Source: a virus | Taxonomy: Duplodnaviria > Caudoviricetes | Direction: 5' to 3' (one strand) | DNA length: 64,000 nucleotides | IMG/VR virus record: IMGVR_UViG_3300012007_000015 | Coordinates: 16,927-80,926 of that record | Shown: positions 35,122-45,406 of the stretch, piece by piece | How positions within the stretch are numbered: the first letter of the stretch is position 1 | Layout of the letters: each line of letters begins with the position of its first letter | The notes under the pieces: generated by a model | Told to the model about the DNA's origin: nothing | What the model saw: only the letters and a program-made list of their open reading frames with translations | Database searches by the model: none | Program-made: the position numbers and the translations under genes

Positions 35122-35990
35122 TTACCTCCTCTCTTTTTGCCGTTGTTATCCTCTTCTGCGTCATCGAAGTCTGCGAACTTTTCGGCAACCTCCTGAGCCT
35201 TCTGTGCGTCTGCAATCTGTTGCTGCATGTCTCCTTCGTTGTCTATATACTCGTACTTGTCCTTCTCGAATTGGATGCTCTGGTCAGCTTTGATAGCGTC
35301 CTGCATCTCTACGGAAAGAGGGGCGTTGCGAGACAGGTTGAGTTTAATAACCGTCTTCTTGGCCATATCATCGAAATCGGTAGTCCACTTACTCTCCTGT
35401 CTTACGTTATCGTATTTCGAGTGGTATGTCTGGGAATAACGGAGAGCATGCGCCTCCATCTCCTCGATAGACATGTAAAACGTGGACTCGGCACCGTTAA
35501 GAAGGCGGAAATAGCTTGCATAGCCTATGGTCTTTGCGTTGGCGCGTTCTGTGTCGTTGTCGATGAACTTGAATACGCACTCACCTGTAAGACGGTTCCT
35601 GCTTATCAGCTCGCCCTCCTTGATTTCTGTCGCATTAGGGATGATTGCAAACTGTCCGCTTCTGAGTGCGAGCTGCTTAACCCCTTTATAACCCAACTGG
35701 AACTGGGCCACAACGGTTCCCTGCTTATTGTTCTTGTACGGGATACAGAACGCCATACCGAGAGACTTGTCGAGCGGTAGGTTAAGTGCTGTTGCTTTAA
35801 GCGCTGCGAACACAATTGTTGCAGGGACACATTCCTGAAGCTTTACGTCTCCAGCGACAAGGGCTGTAACATTGTTTACGAAGGAACCCTTACGCTCCTT
35901 GAGAATGTCCTCAAGATACTTCTGCCACACAGGGCTTGTGATGGTCTGGTTAAACAGCTGCAGACCTGTCATTTTCTTTTCTTCTGCCAT
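35118..35990 (-). CDS. recT: RecT/Bet-family single-strand annealing recombinase
   Basis: LNLPLDKSLGMAFCIPY...QFQLGYKG...WTTDFDDMAKKTVIK. Confidence 0.9.
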   Translation of the reverse strand: MAEEKKMTGLQLFNQTITSPVWQKYLEDILKERKGSFVNNVTALVAGDVKLQECVPATIVFAALKATALNLPLDKSLGMAFCIPYKNNKQGTVVAQFQLGYKGVKQLALRSGQFAIIPNATEIKEGELISRNRLTGECVFKFIDNDTERANAKTIGYASYFRLLNGAESTFYMSIEEMEAHALRYSQTYHSKYDNVRQESKWTTDFDDMAKKTVIKLNLSRNAPLSVEMQDAIKADQSIQFEKDKYEYIDNEGDMQQQIADAQKAQEVAEKFADFDDAEEDNNGKKRGGK

Positions 35991-36154
35991 AGTCTGTTAC
36001 TTTTGTTTCTTTAGTTTCTTACTCTTCAAATGGTTGTGACGCGCTTTTGTACTACCAATGTAATACATTCCGAACCCATCTGGGTTTCCGTGCATAACTT
36101 TTGTTGTTACTCCAATGTACTTTCCCATAATTTTAAATTTTTAAAATGTTATTT

Positions 36155-37147
36155 TTATTTCTTGTTTACACCTATTTTCACGTATGCCCCCTTAGACACG
36201 CGCTTCTCGTAGTCCTTGCGTAGTTTCTTCGCTTTACGAGGATGCTTGTCTCCGAGGTCTGCGAGGAACTTCTTGTGGTCAAACTGTACAGACTCAGATG
36301 CCTCTACGAGGGTAATACTCCACTCTTCGCTCTTGATGCTGCGGATGCCCTTCTGCTGCATAAAGTCAACCATCTTGGCCTTAAACTCGTCGATAGTCTT
36401 CTCTCGCTCCTTAATCTCTGCCAGCACCTGCGATATTGTGTCGAACTCTTTCTTGACTTTTTCTGGAAGATACTGTGCCTGTATATCTCCCTCGTCATCT
36501 GCATAACAGTCAAACGTCTGGAGAAATTCACTTGCAATCTTCATGGCGTTTGAGATGTCGAAGAGGTTTTCCTTCATACGGAGCTTGTGTACGGTCAGAC
36601 GCGCAGGGTCGAACGTAAACTCTTCCTCCATGTTAACGCCAGACGTATCGTAATGAACGAGGAACATGTTGACCTTCCAGTCTTCACCCTTTGCTTTGAC
36701 GATTTCCTTTGCAATCGTCCACTCGACGAACAGCTGGTTCTTGTAAGTGTCACGTGTCTGGTCTATCGAAAAGCGTGTGGCTTTAACCTCGTAGACGTTA
36801 AGAACCTTCTTCTCCTCGTCGAAGTACGCAATATCTGCATGGCAGATTAGCTTCAGTTCCTTGGTTGAATACTTGCCAGACACCCACAGAGGGTTGCTTT
36901 GTGCGCTCGGTTTAGTTGCCGCTAAATTGTCGTAGACAGCGTTCTCGATGAAGTCACCGAACTGCATCACACGTGTGGTTATGTTGTCATTCTCTATCAG
37001 TCCCTTCGCAACAGCGAGCCTCTTGTACGCACTACGTGGCACTTTTTCAAGAGATGCAATCTGCGAAAGGATATTGGCGTCAGAGCCACCAAAACAGCCC
37101 TTTCTTGTGGAGTTTATATCCTCCTTGTATTCATACTGTTGTTCCAT
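36155..37147 (-). CDS. YqaJ/lambda-exo-like recombination exonuclease
   Basis: RKGCFGGSDA...FGDFIE...HADI...YEVK...Q motifs; adjacent to recT. Confidence 0.8.
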   Translation of the reverse strand: MEQQYEYKEDINSTRKGCFGGSDANILSQIASLEKVPRSAYKRLAVAKGLIENDNITTRVMQFGDFIENAVYDNLAATKPSAQSNPLWVSGKYSTKELKLICHADIAYFDEEKKVLNVYEVKATRFSIDQTRDTYKNQLFVEWTIAKEIVKAKGEDWKVNMFLVHYDTSGVNMEEEFTFDPARLTVHKLRMKENLFDISNAMKIASEFLQTFDCYADDEGDIQAQYLPEKVKKEFDTISQVLAEIKEREKTIDEFKAKMVDFMQQKGIRSIKSEEWSITLVEASESVQFDHKKFLADLGDKHPRKAKKLRKDYEKRVSKGAYVKIGVNKK

Positions 37148-37153
37148 ATAGAT

Positions 37154-37504
37154 TTAATTGTTACTGTTTGATAATATTTCAAAACTCTTGATTTGTACGA
37201 ACAACTGAAGTACCGCCATACCCCTGTAATCCGTTTTCGAGGTCTGGAGCCTTCCTTCTACCTCGATGTGCATTCCCCTCTTGAGTCCTGCCTCCTTGAG
37301 TTCATCGACAAGTTTTCTCTTCCTCTGGTTAAAAACCATGATTCTGATGAAGTTTCTCGATTCAGAGACGATGTCGCTTTCGTATTCTTTTGAGTCGCTG
37401 GTTATAATCTGGAAACTGCAGTACTCCCTACCAGTTACAGCAGTACCCCAGATTACCTTGTCGCCAACATATCCTCTCAATTTTACGTGATTTTCAAACT
37501 TCAT
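37154..37504 (-). CDS. ssb: Single-stranded DNA-binding protein
   Basis: NHVKLRGYVG...IEVEGRLQT OB-fold pattern. Confidence 0.8.
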   Translation of the reverse strand: MKFENHVKLRGYVGDKVIWGTAVTGREYCSFQIITSDSKEYESDIVSESRNFIRIMVFNQRKRKLVDELKEAGLKRGMHIEVEGRLQTSKTDYRGMAVLQLFVQIKSFEILSNSNN

Positions 37505-37508
37505 GCTG

Positions 37509-37540
37509 CAAAGTTACAACTTTCGCTTGGAATATGCAAA
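37509..37540 (-). promoter_or_regulatory. Bacteroidota sigma-A promoter abutting the ssb start codon
   Basis: TTTG-N20-TAACTTTG, then only CAGC before the ATG. Confidence 0.8.
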
Positions 37541-37644
37541 CCTATTAACGTTTTTAACAGTTCACGTACACTTGCATTATTCTAACGAGGATACGTCTCT
37601 CAGCAGCAGGCCGTTTGGCTGTCTTGCAATATATGCTCTCATCG

Positions 37645-38451
37645 TCAGTCCTCCTTATCATCAAACATCTTTAGTAGTTCCGTTAGCACATCCGACTTGC
37701 CAAGATAGAGCATAAAACTGGGGTCGAGCGATTTATCCTTCTTCTTTGGCTTGTATTTGTCAGCGGCCTTGCAATAATGGTCACGCAGCTCCTCTATCTC
37801 TTGCCGTGTGAGCGTGATTTTATCGCCATCTATTGTACAATCATGCCATACCATAGTCAGTCCTCCTTCATTTTCTTAAAGCATTTCAATACTTCTTGAC
37901 AGTACTCTTCTTCCGACATAGTTTTTAAGCGTTCCTCCATAGAATCGTCGTTAGCAATAACATCTGTGGCATCTAATATGTCAGCAATGTCCTTCCAAGT
38001 CAGTTCCAAGTCTTTCTCTGCTTGGTGTTCATCTGCCCATTCTGCACCCTTTATGAAAGCCTGACCAAGTAATATGCAAAGATTTCTTCTAAATTCACCA
38101 GTAGGCTTTATGTCATCTAAATTATTAGCATAGTCTAATGCTGCCTGCATTATTTCTTTACTTCTTTCTTCTGCCTTACTCATTTCCTATCGTTTTTATT
38201 TTGTTGTTAAACACCTCTACGAAATGTAGGATATGCGTGTCTGTGCTGTCATTTACACAATCCATCATAAACTCTCTAAAAAGTTTAGAAAGTTCCTCCT
38301 TAATATCTTTTTCTGCTTGGTGGTAGCCTTTCTCAAATGCGTTTCTTCTTTCTTGTTGAAGGTTTGTTTTGTCATACCCCATTCTTTCACCAAATAGGAT
38401 TGGAAACGTCTCTAATGCCTTTTTTGCGGCTTTATCTTCTGCCTTGCTCAT
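37645..38451 (-). CDS. Three small hypothetical proteins (37645-37854, 37857-38183, 38176-38451)
   Basis: Two share the MSKAE start and an HQAEKD motif. Confidence 0.65.
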
Positions 38452-38455
38452 AGTT

Positions 38456-39154
38456 CTATTTGTATTGTTTTAACACATCACTACATATCTCCAAGACTTT
38501 TACGACCTTATCAAGGTCAAACCAATCATCAGTCCTTACACCGCTTTCCATATCAATCCAGAAATCATCCACGTCATCACTTTCAAGTAGGTATGAGAGC
38601 TTGCCTGCCACGTTATCTGCATTGATGCCTCCAGCATATCCAATCTTATGTGGCAGATTCAATATCTCAATAGGCGTGTCGATGCCTTGTCCTCCACTGG
38701 CATCAAGAAGGCATGTAATGTGGCGACTTACTTTGCTGTTGAGGAATAATGGCACCTCACGAGCCGACTTCTGTTGTAAAATGACTTCGTCAAAATAATT
38801 GCAGATTTCGCCCGAATAGTCAAAACTCATGGGGTTGTTTTGTGATGTAGCTACGTTGAGTTGACAGCGGTTAAAAATGTAGCTATAACCACGCGCCCAT
38901 TCTCTGAATGGTTCTATATCTCCTCTTACAGCCGCACGAGCTATGCTACCACAAAGATGTGCGGACAGATTGAGTCCGCGATTTTCTAAAGAGTCCAGAT
39001 AACTTGGGTTGAAATAACGATTGCCGTTGTCCTTCCAGTTCTTAGCAACCAATACACCCCATTCCACCATCGGGTACTTCTGTTGAATTTCCCATAATGC
39101 ACCGAGGTCAGTTTTACCATCGATGCCTGTAAATGTAATGTGTTGTAGTTTCAT
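38456..39154 (-). CDS. Phosphoribosylanthranilate isomerase (TrpF)-like TIM-barrel protein
   Basis: LLDASGGQG, GYAGGINADNV and WIDMESGVRT motifs. Confidence 0.7.
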   Translation of the reverse strand: MKLQHITFTGIDGKTDLGALWEIQQKYPMVEWGVLVAKNWKDNGNRYFNPSYLDSLENRGLNLSAHLCGSIARAAVRGDIEPFREWARGYSYIFNRCQLNVATSQNNPMSFDYSGEICNYFDEVILQQKSAREVPLFLNSKVSRHITCLLDASGGQGIDTPIEILNLPHKIGYAGGINADNVAGKLSYLLESDDVDDFWIDMESGVRTDDWFDLDKVVKVLEICSDVLKQYK

Positions 39155-39157
39155 AAT

Positions 39158-41718
39158 TTATTTCTCCTTAGTTACAATTACTTTAACCTTAGAACCCACA
39201 AGATAGTTATCTGCTGGTAATCTGAAAGAAAACAACGCAGCACCTTGGAATCCAAAACAATGAGCATCAATAGCCTTTGCCATCATCTGCTCCTCTCGTA
39301 ACTTCATTCCATATTTTATAGCATCGTCAAAGGTTGGCTGTCGGTGTTCTTTTTCAATGATGCTCGTTACAAAGTCACGCTCTATCTCTGCTTCTTCCTG
39401 TGTCTGCTTGTCGCAAGCAGCAAGGCGGTTCTTTTCAAACTGCTCTTTCTGCCACTGAGCACCCAGTTTGCAAGCAGTTTTTACGTCCTTCCACTCTGGA
39501 GCTTCCTTTGCCCAGTCGTTAGATAAATCATAGGCACACTGGTAAGCGAACTCGTCAAGTGTATCTCTATGGCGTATGTGTGGCAAGATTGCATCCTTCT
39601 CTTTCTGCCACTCAGCACCTGCCTTAAAAGCTGCTTCTATCGCAAAATACACATCATTACCATATTCTTCATTATCTGCATAGTTTCTACTTGCCTCTTC
39701 CAAGTCCTCGCTTACAGGTTCTTCTTGCAAGGAGTCAAGAAAAATGGATAGGGTGTTGATGATTTCCATTCTGCCTTGTTCAACGCCATTTTCGTGTTCC
39801 GACAAGCCAATAGATGTTTCTTCTTTCAGTCTTGCAAGCTCTTCTCGCATTTTCTGTACTTTGTCTGTCATACTATTCTCCTTTTAAATAATTTGGCCAC
39901 TCACTATTACCTGCTGAAGATGTGGTGGCGGTAACCTCAATATAGTGCTTATCTGGACACACACAAGCTTCACAGTTTGCAGGGAAATACCCAAGCAAAC
40001 ACCCTTTTGTGAGCCCGCCATAATTAATAAAATGTGGACATTGTAATACTTTACTCATTGTTATTCTCCTTTCTGGGCTTTAAGTGATTTCTATCCATTT
40101 TACAATATCATCAACATTATCATAATTATCATTAACTCCATTTATATGTACGTTAATATGACCTTCATAATCTTCATCAAGACTTCCGTTAAACCTTTGG
40201 ATTGTTCCATCTTTCATTATACATGCAAATGTGTAAAGACCCCAACCCTTAACTGCATCATATATATCTTCTTTTTCTTGCAAATGCCAAGTATCCACCT
40301 CTTTCACTTCAAGGGTGTTAAGGAAAGAAAGGATATTACTACATTCTTCTTTCTTGCCAATTATGTCATACACAAGATTATGTTGAAACGGGCTATACTT
40401 CCCAATTTCTTCCTTGTGTTTTTTTAATCTTCTTTCTATCTCCGCTAATAAAGCGTCTTTGTTAATGTAGTGTACCATACCTCACTCTCCTTCCATATAT
40501 TTTCTAAAATTCTCAATAAAACTTTTTGTTGCAAACAGTGGACACAAAGGTACATTACACGTTTTATCTTTCTTCATGTAATACTCAATATGTTCGCTAA
40601 TATATTCACACGCCTTCTCAATAAAGGCATCAGTACGGACGTACTCAATAGAACCCTTTTCCTTATATCTGACCGTATTAGCCGCCAATATAGTGGGTAT
40701 ATAAATCATTTCTGGTGCTTCGTTTGCTTTCATTACTCTATGCTTTATTATATACTTTTTGCAAAAACAACTTAACGCATTCTTTGTTGAGGTTTTGACA
40801 ATTTTTCTCACAGTAGTCGCCAACATATTCCTCACACATCTGCTCACAGATATAGTCATTATCCTCTTGTGTTTCAACAATGAAATCAAGAGCTTTGTCT
40901 AACAATTCGTTTGCTTTCATAACTTTATTCTGTTGTAGTCAAAACATTGAATATAATTCGGAAGAGTTTTCCCTAAGAACTTAAAGTATCTTATTTTGTT
41001 AGCTTTATCAACATTAGTCATAGCTATATCTTCTTTTCTCTTTTGCCGAAGTTTCCAAAATCTTTTCTTCCTACTATTCATAACTTTGTGTTTTAACCAT
41101 CAATTAAATCAAGAAATTCACAACAGGAGGCTTCGCAACTAAAGGTGTCTGAATTTAAATCATTTCTTTGCCTATAAATAGATAGCTCTTCCAACACCTC
41201 ATGTGCAAGGTCTGCTGCTTGCTTAATAACATTGTTAATATCAAGTCCATCCAAAGTAACAATAGCAGTTGCAGTAGTTGTAACTTTGAGTTGTTTCATA
41301 ACTGTTTCTCCCTTAGTTTCTTTAAGTCATTATACAAAGCAATCAATTCTTGTGCTTGTCCTACATAAGATAAACCTCCAGTAACATTTATGGCATTAAG
41401 TGCTTTCATCTGATTGTCAGTAGGTTTCCATTGTGACTGGGGTCTGAGGGATTTGAGCCATTCTTGTAATTTCTTATAATATTTTGGATGGGCATTTCTA
41501 TCTCCATCAAATGCTCTTTCTGTCTCCCTGATAATTAATATCTCAAGTGCTCCGATAATATTACATATATAATTTTCATCCTCTTCACTCCAAGCAGGGT
41601 TCTGCTCAATCTTTTTCAACTGCTTGTGTTCCGCATCCCACTTATACCCAGCTTCACGCATCTTTTGGAATAACTGAGTGAGCAAATTGTTTATGTCTTT
41701 TATAATTCTTTCTTCCAT
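39158..41718 (-). CDS. Modular/small hypothetical proteins (39158-39871, 39873-40058, 40080-40478, 40482-40733, 40738-40920, 41093-41299, 41296-41718)
   Basis: AT-rich, coupled ORFs with recurring GAEWQKE and MKANE motifs. Confidence 0.65.
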
Positions 41719-42503
41719 ATAAATCCTCCTGCTGATTTTTTCTTTCCAGTGAAACATTGACAAATACTTGAATGATGCACACCTGTATCTTCTGATGCTT
41801 CAGCTACACTATTGTATGAACATATCAAAGTGCCGTCTTGTGAATATTTGTTTATCATTGGCAAATTTAATATTCGCTTATCACTACTTTTATATTTCCA
41901 TTGATACCCACCAACTATAGAATACTTTTTACTACCATTACAGCACCTTGTAATACTGCTTGTTGGAAATCCCAAGAACCTTGACACTTCTGCAACAGAC
42001 GGAAACTCTTTTATAAAATTTCCTTTTCTATCATACTGCTCTACAACCTTACTTCTTAGACCATTTGTTAGCTTGTAAGAAATGCGTTGCCCATTTGTAC
42101 CATAGTTACTATTATACTTCTGGTCGCACCACTCTAAATTATCTATACAATTATTTGACGGATTCTCATCTTTATGATTAACTTGTGGTAGATTGTAAGG
42201 ATTAGGAATAAACGCCTCCGCTACAAGCCTATGAACAAGTTTCGTATATACTTTACCTTTGTATGATAATGATACATGATAATAACCGCCAACCCTTAAT
42301 TGCGGTTTTAATATATGAGCCTTCCTAAATGAGTTTACTCCATTGAAAATATTGAAGTTAAAAGCCTTACGCTTTATTCTGCCAAGATTACTTACTTGAA
42401 AAGCATCTTCAAACCCAATGACATCTTTCCATATTTCATTCGAAAAATCTGCTATATCCATCCACTTGCCTATATCTGTTTGTGGTAAAAACACTTCTTT
42501 CAT
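41700..42503 (-). CDS. NUMOD4-HNH-NUMOD1 homing endonuclease
   Basis: WKDVIGFEDAFQVSNLGR (NUMOD4), VHRLVAEAF...VNHKDENPSNN...NLEW (HNH), two NUMOD1-like C-terminal repeats. Confidence 0.92.
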   Translation of the reverse strand: MKEVFLPQTDIGKWMDIADFSNEIWKDVIGFEDAFQVSNLGRIKRKAFNFNIFNGVNSFRKAHILKPQLRVGGYYHVSLSYKGKVYTKLVHRLVAEAFIPNPYNLPQVNHKDENPSNNCIDNLEWCDQKYNSNYGTNGQRISYKLTNGLRSKVVEQYDRKGNFIKEFPSVAEVSRFLGFPTSSITRCCNGSKKYSIVGGYQWKYKSSDKRILNLPMINKYSQDGTLICSYNSVAEASEDTGVHHSSICQCFTGKKKSAGGFIWKKEL

Positions 42504-43510
42504 ATTTTTTCCAATTTAAGTTTTTCTTTATCCCATCTGTAACCAGCATTAGTCATAGCGCTTTCAAGAGTGTCACGCTGTTCTTTGGTTGCTGGAGTAA
42601 CAAGCTCTAAATCTGTGATGCAATCTGGACCGCATACACCGAAACCATCATCATTATCTTCATAACTACAATAGGCAACTGCTGCGTCTTTGTGACACAC
42701 ATTGTCATTAGTTATTTCTTGGAATATAAATGTAAGGTTTTCAATTCTAAGCACATCACCATCCTTTGCATCTTGGATAGTCCAAAGTTTTGCATCATTT
42801 TCCAACGAATAATGTGTACAAGAATACTCTTTACCTTCATTTGTCTTATAGGTATAAGTATTACCTAATACTTTCACTATTTGAAATATCGTGCCATCTT
42901 CATTATCTATGCACCAATCGCCAATCTTAAACTTTGGTTCAACCTTATCAGCAGGCTTCTGCTTGCCTTGCTTTTCAAGCCAAATTTCGTCTCTTTCTTC
43001 GGTTGCTAAACTATTATATCCATGTGTATGATATAATCTTTCAGCATTACTATCCTTTTTTGTTTTTAACCTAATAGTATGGCAATTCAGACTTTTAGCT
43101 ACTTCATCTGTAACTTCAAGTATTTTAGTCCCAATTCCTTTATTACGATATTCATCATTCACATATAGTCCTGCTAAATATAGTATATTAGGCTCATCTT
43201 TATATGAATAAAAACTAAACCTATACAATATATCTGCATCTTCATTATTATTTTGCTCACCTTGCTTTTCAAGCCAAGCAATCCAAATTTTATACTTCTC
43301 TCTCACCTCATCAAAAGAACTACCTTCTATTCCCTTAGCGAAGTGCGATATTATGTCTTTTCTTATCCTATCATCCTCGTTCTCTTTGAGTTCGGGGAAC
43401 ATTTCTTCAAGGTCGTTTCTGTTTATAACTGTTGAGCCGTTGTCATAAACCTTTTCAGCTATTTTCTTAACAGCTTCTTCGTTTACTTTATATGTATTTA
43501 CATTGTTCAT
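42500..43510 (-). CDS. Mosaic protein carrying an internal GNAT domain between two WLEKQG linkers
   Basis: LYVNDEYRNKGIGTKIL motif A; 18-bp direct repeats at 42966-42983 and 43260-43277. Confidence 0.8.
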   Translation of the reverse strand: MNNVNTYKVNEEAVKKIAEKVYDNGSTVINRNDLEEMFPELKENEDDRIRKDIISHFAKGIEGSSFDEVREKYKIWIAWLEKQGEQNNNEDADILYRFSFYSYKDEPNILYLAGLYVNDEYRNKGIGTKILEVTDEVAKSLNCHTIRLKTKKDSNAERLYHTHGYNSLATEERDEIWLEKQGKQKPADKVEPKFKIGDWCIDNEDGTIFQIVKVLGNTYTYKTNEGKEYSCTHYSLENDAKLWTIQDAKDGDVLRIENLTFIFQEITNDNVCHKDAAVAYCSYEDNDDGFGVCGPDCITDLELVTPATKEQRDTLESAMTNAGYRWDKEKLKLEKI

Positions 43511-43512
43511 AA

Positions 43513-45406
43513 TCACAACAAATTTAATTCGTTTAACTTTAATATAAGTTTGTAGCAAGCATCAACAAAATGCTCATGTCTATCAGTTTCTATACTTTCA
43601 TATATCCCGTAAGGGTCTGTATATGCAAGTTGGTACACATCATCCTCTTTGTCAATTTGCAAGTACGATGAATTACCATCGTCATCACACAACTCATAAG
43701 GAAGTTCTTCCAACAACGCTGCAAGACTCCAACAAGCGCAAAGTTCTTCTGGGTCTCCCTTAACAGGTATTGTTCTTGCAAAAGGTTTGCCTAAACCATT
43801 ACTAACCCAAGACATATCCGCACTTTCAAGCGGCAGTATCTCTGCTAACTTACGACTTTGTTCAATGGTTGTGTATGCTCTAATTGTTGCCATAGTTATT
43901 CTCCTTTGGTAGCTTGTCTAAAAGTTCGTCAACACTGATAGCGTGTCCTTTGTAGTATAAGACACCCTCTTGTATATAAGGCGTAGGACAGGAGACCATC
44001 GTTTTCTTAAATGTAGGAACGTCTTTAAGAGCATCAGAGTGCCCCTTGTCGTAGCCCCTGTTGTAGATTACCTCGTCTTTGTGTTTGAATGCTGTGTCCA
44101 GCTCTTCTGCAAACTGCTTGTACATATCCGTAAGCGCCATTCTATAGGCATCCTCTTCTATGGTAGTAACGCAGCCTCCGTTTTCTTTAAAACGATTTTT
44201 CCATAGCGTGACCATATTATTTATAAGACCCTCGTCCACCTTTGTAGCGTTGTACTTCGGTTGGAGTTCTTTGCGAGCGAGTTCAAGGAGTACAGCTGCC
44301 TCTTCCTTGGCGGCGTCATACATTTCCTCGTTAGACATTGTCTCTGGGTAGTAGTCTTTTATGCAGCAAAGAACAACTTCTTCAAACTCAGTCAGCTTTG
44401 GCTCTGGAGTGACGATAATAAGGTCGTCGTCATTGTGCATGTAGCAGTGGCCTTCCACTGTGTATCTCTTCGGGATGCCATAGTCCTCTATAAGAGCGAT
44501 AATAGGATACTTCGTGTTTGTTGCGGCATCCCAGCAGATGATTCTTGCTGAGCGTCCACTGTTCTTCTCTTGAACCTTATACTCTCCGCTCTCTATCTGC
44601 TGTCTCATGCTGATGTCAAATTGCTTTCTCATCTTCTATAATCTCTATGGTTATTTTTATTTTCTTTCTTCTGAGGTTGCTCAAGTCCATCTTTTGAGGA
44701 AGATTCCTATTCCATGGGAACACAACCTCTGACGGTGCTGAATACGGGTCTTGTCCGTGCCACTCTGCTCTTAATGTAAGTCCTACGGATGAGTCGAACT
44801 CCATGCCGCAAAGTCGTCCTGTTGTTTCTGATACTACCATAATTATTCTACGTTACTTCTATATCTTGTAAGCCAAATAGTTGAAGATACTGATGGTTGC
44901 CCAGAACGTAGCGTGATGTATGTCTCCGAAAAAGAAACACCCGAAACCTGCTATCATACTGAGAAAACACGCGATGGCATTTAACGCCCGTCTGTGGAAC
45001 CTTGGTAAAAGAAATCTGATTTTCATAATTGTAGATGGTTTTAATTTTGTGCAAAGATAACTATTTAGTTTGAATATTCAAAGTGTTTTAATAAAGTTTA
45101 AGTTAAAGATTGTATAAGCTTGTTAAGCTCCTCTCTTCTTGCAAACGTAAGATACGCCCTTTGTCTGAAGATATTGACAAGTCTCTCCTTGTCGCTGATA
45201 ATATTAACGTGGTCGTGGTAGAATTTCCTCACAAACCTCTTCGTGTCCTCAATAGTGCTCTTAAGCTCCACCTTACGGCCATCGTTGGTATCGAATATAA
45301 TACGCCATACGATGTCGTCGGAAGTTATTATTGTCGCGCTCTTTACTCCGTACTTCTCGTGGAACTCGATTAATGAGTCAGGTAGCCTACTTGTTTCCAT
45401 AGTCAT
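43513..45406 (-). CDS. Hypothetical proteins (43513-43893, 43880-44632, 44616-44840, 44859-45026 membrane peptide, 45098-45406)
   Basis: Coupled ORFs. 44859-45026 (MKIRFLLPRF...) is preferred over the track's 44848-45054 frame. Confidence 0.6.
45052..45082 (-). promoter_or_regulatory. Bacteroidota sigma-A promoter
   Basis: TTTG-N19-TATCTTTG. Confidence 0.8.

Noticed and set aside
41690-42510. Group I intron around the HNH endonuclease
   Set aside because: The endonuclease ORF overlaps both neighbours directly, leaving no room for a ribozyme core.
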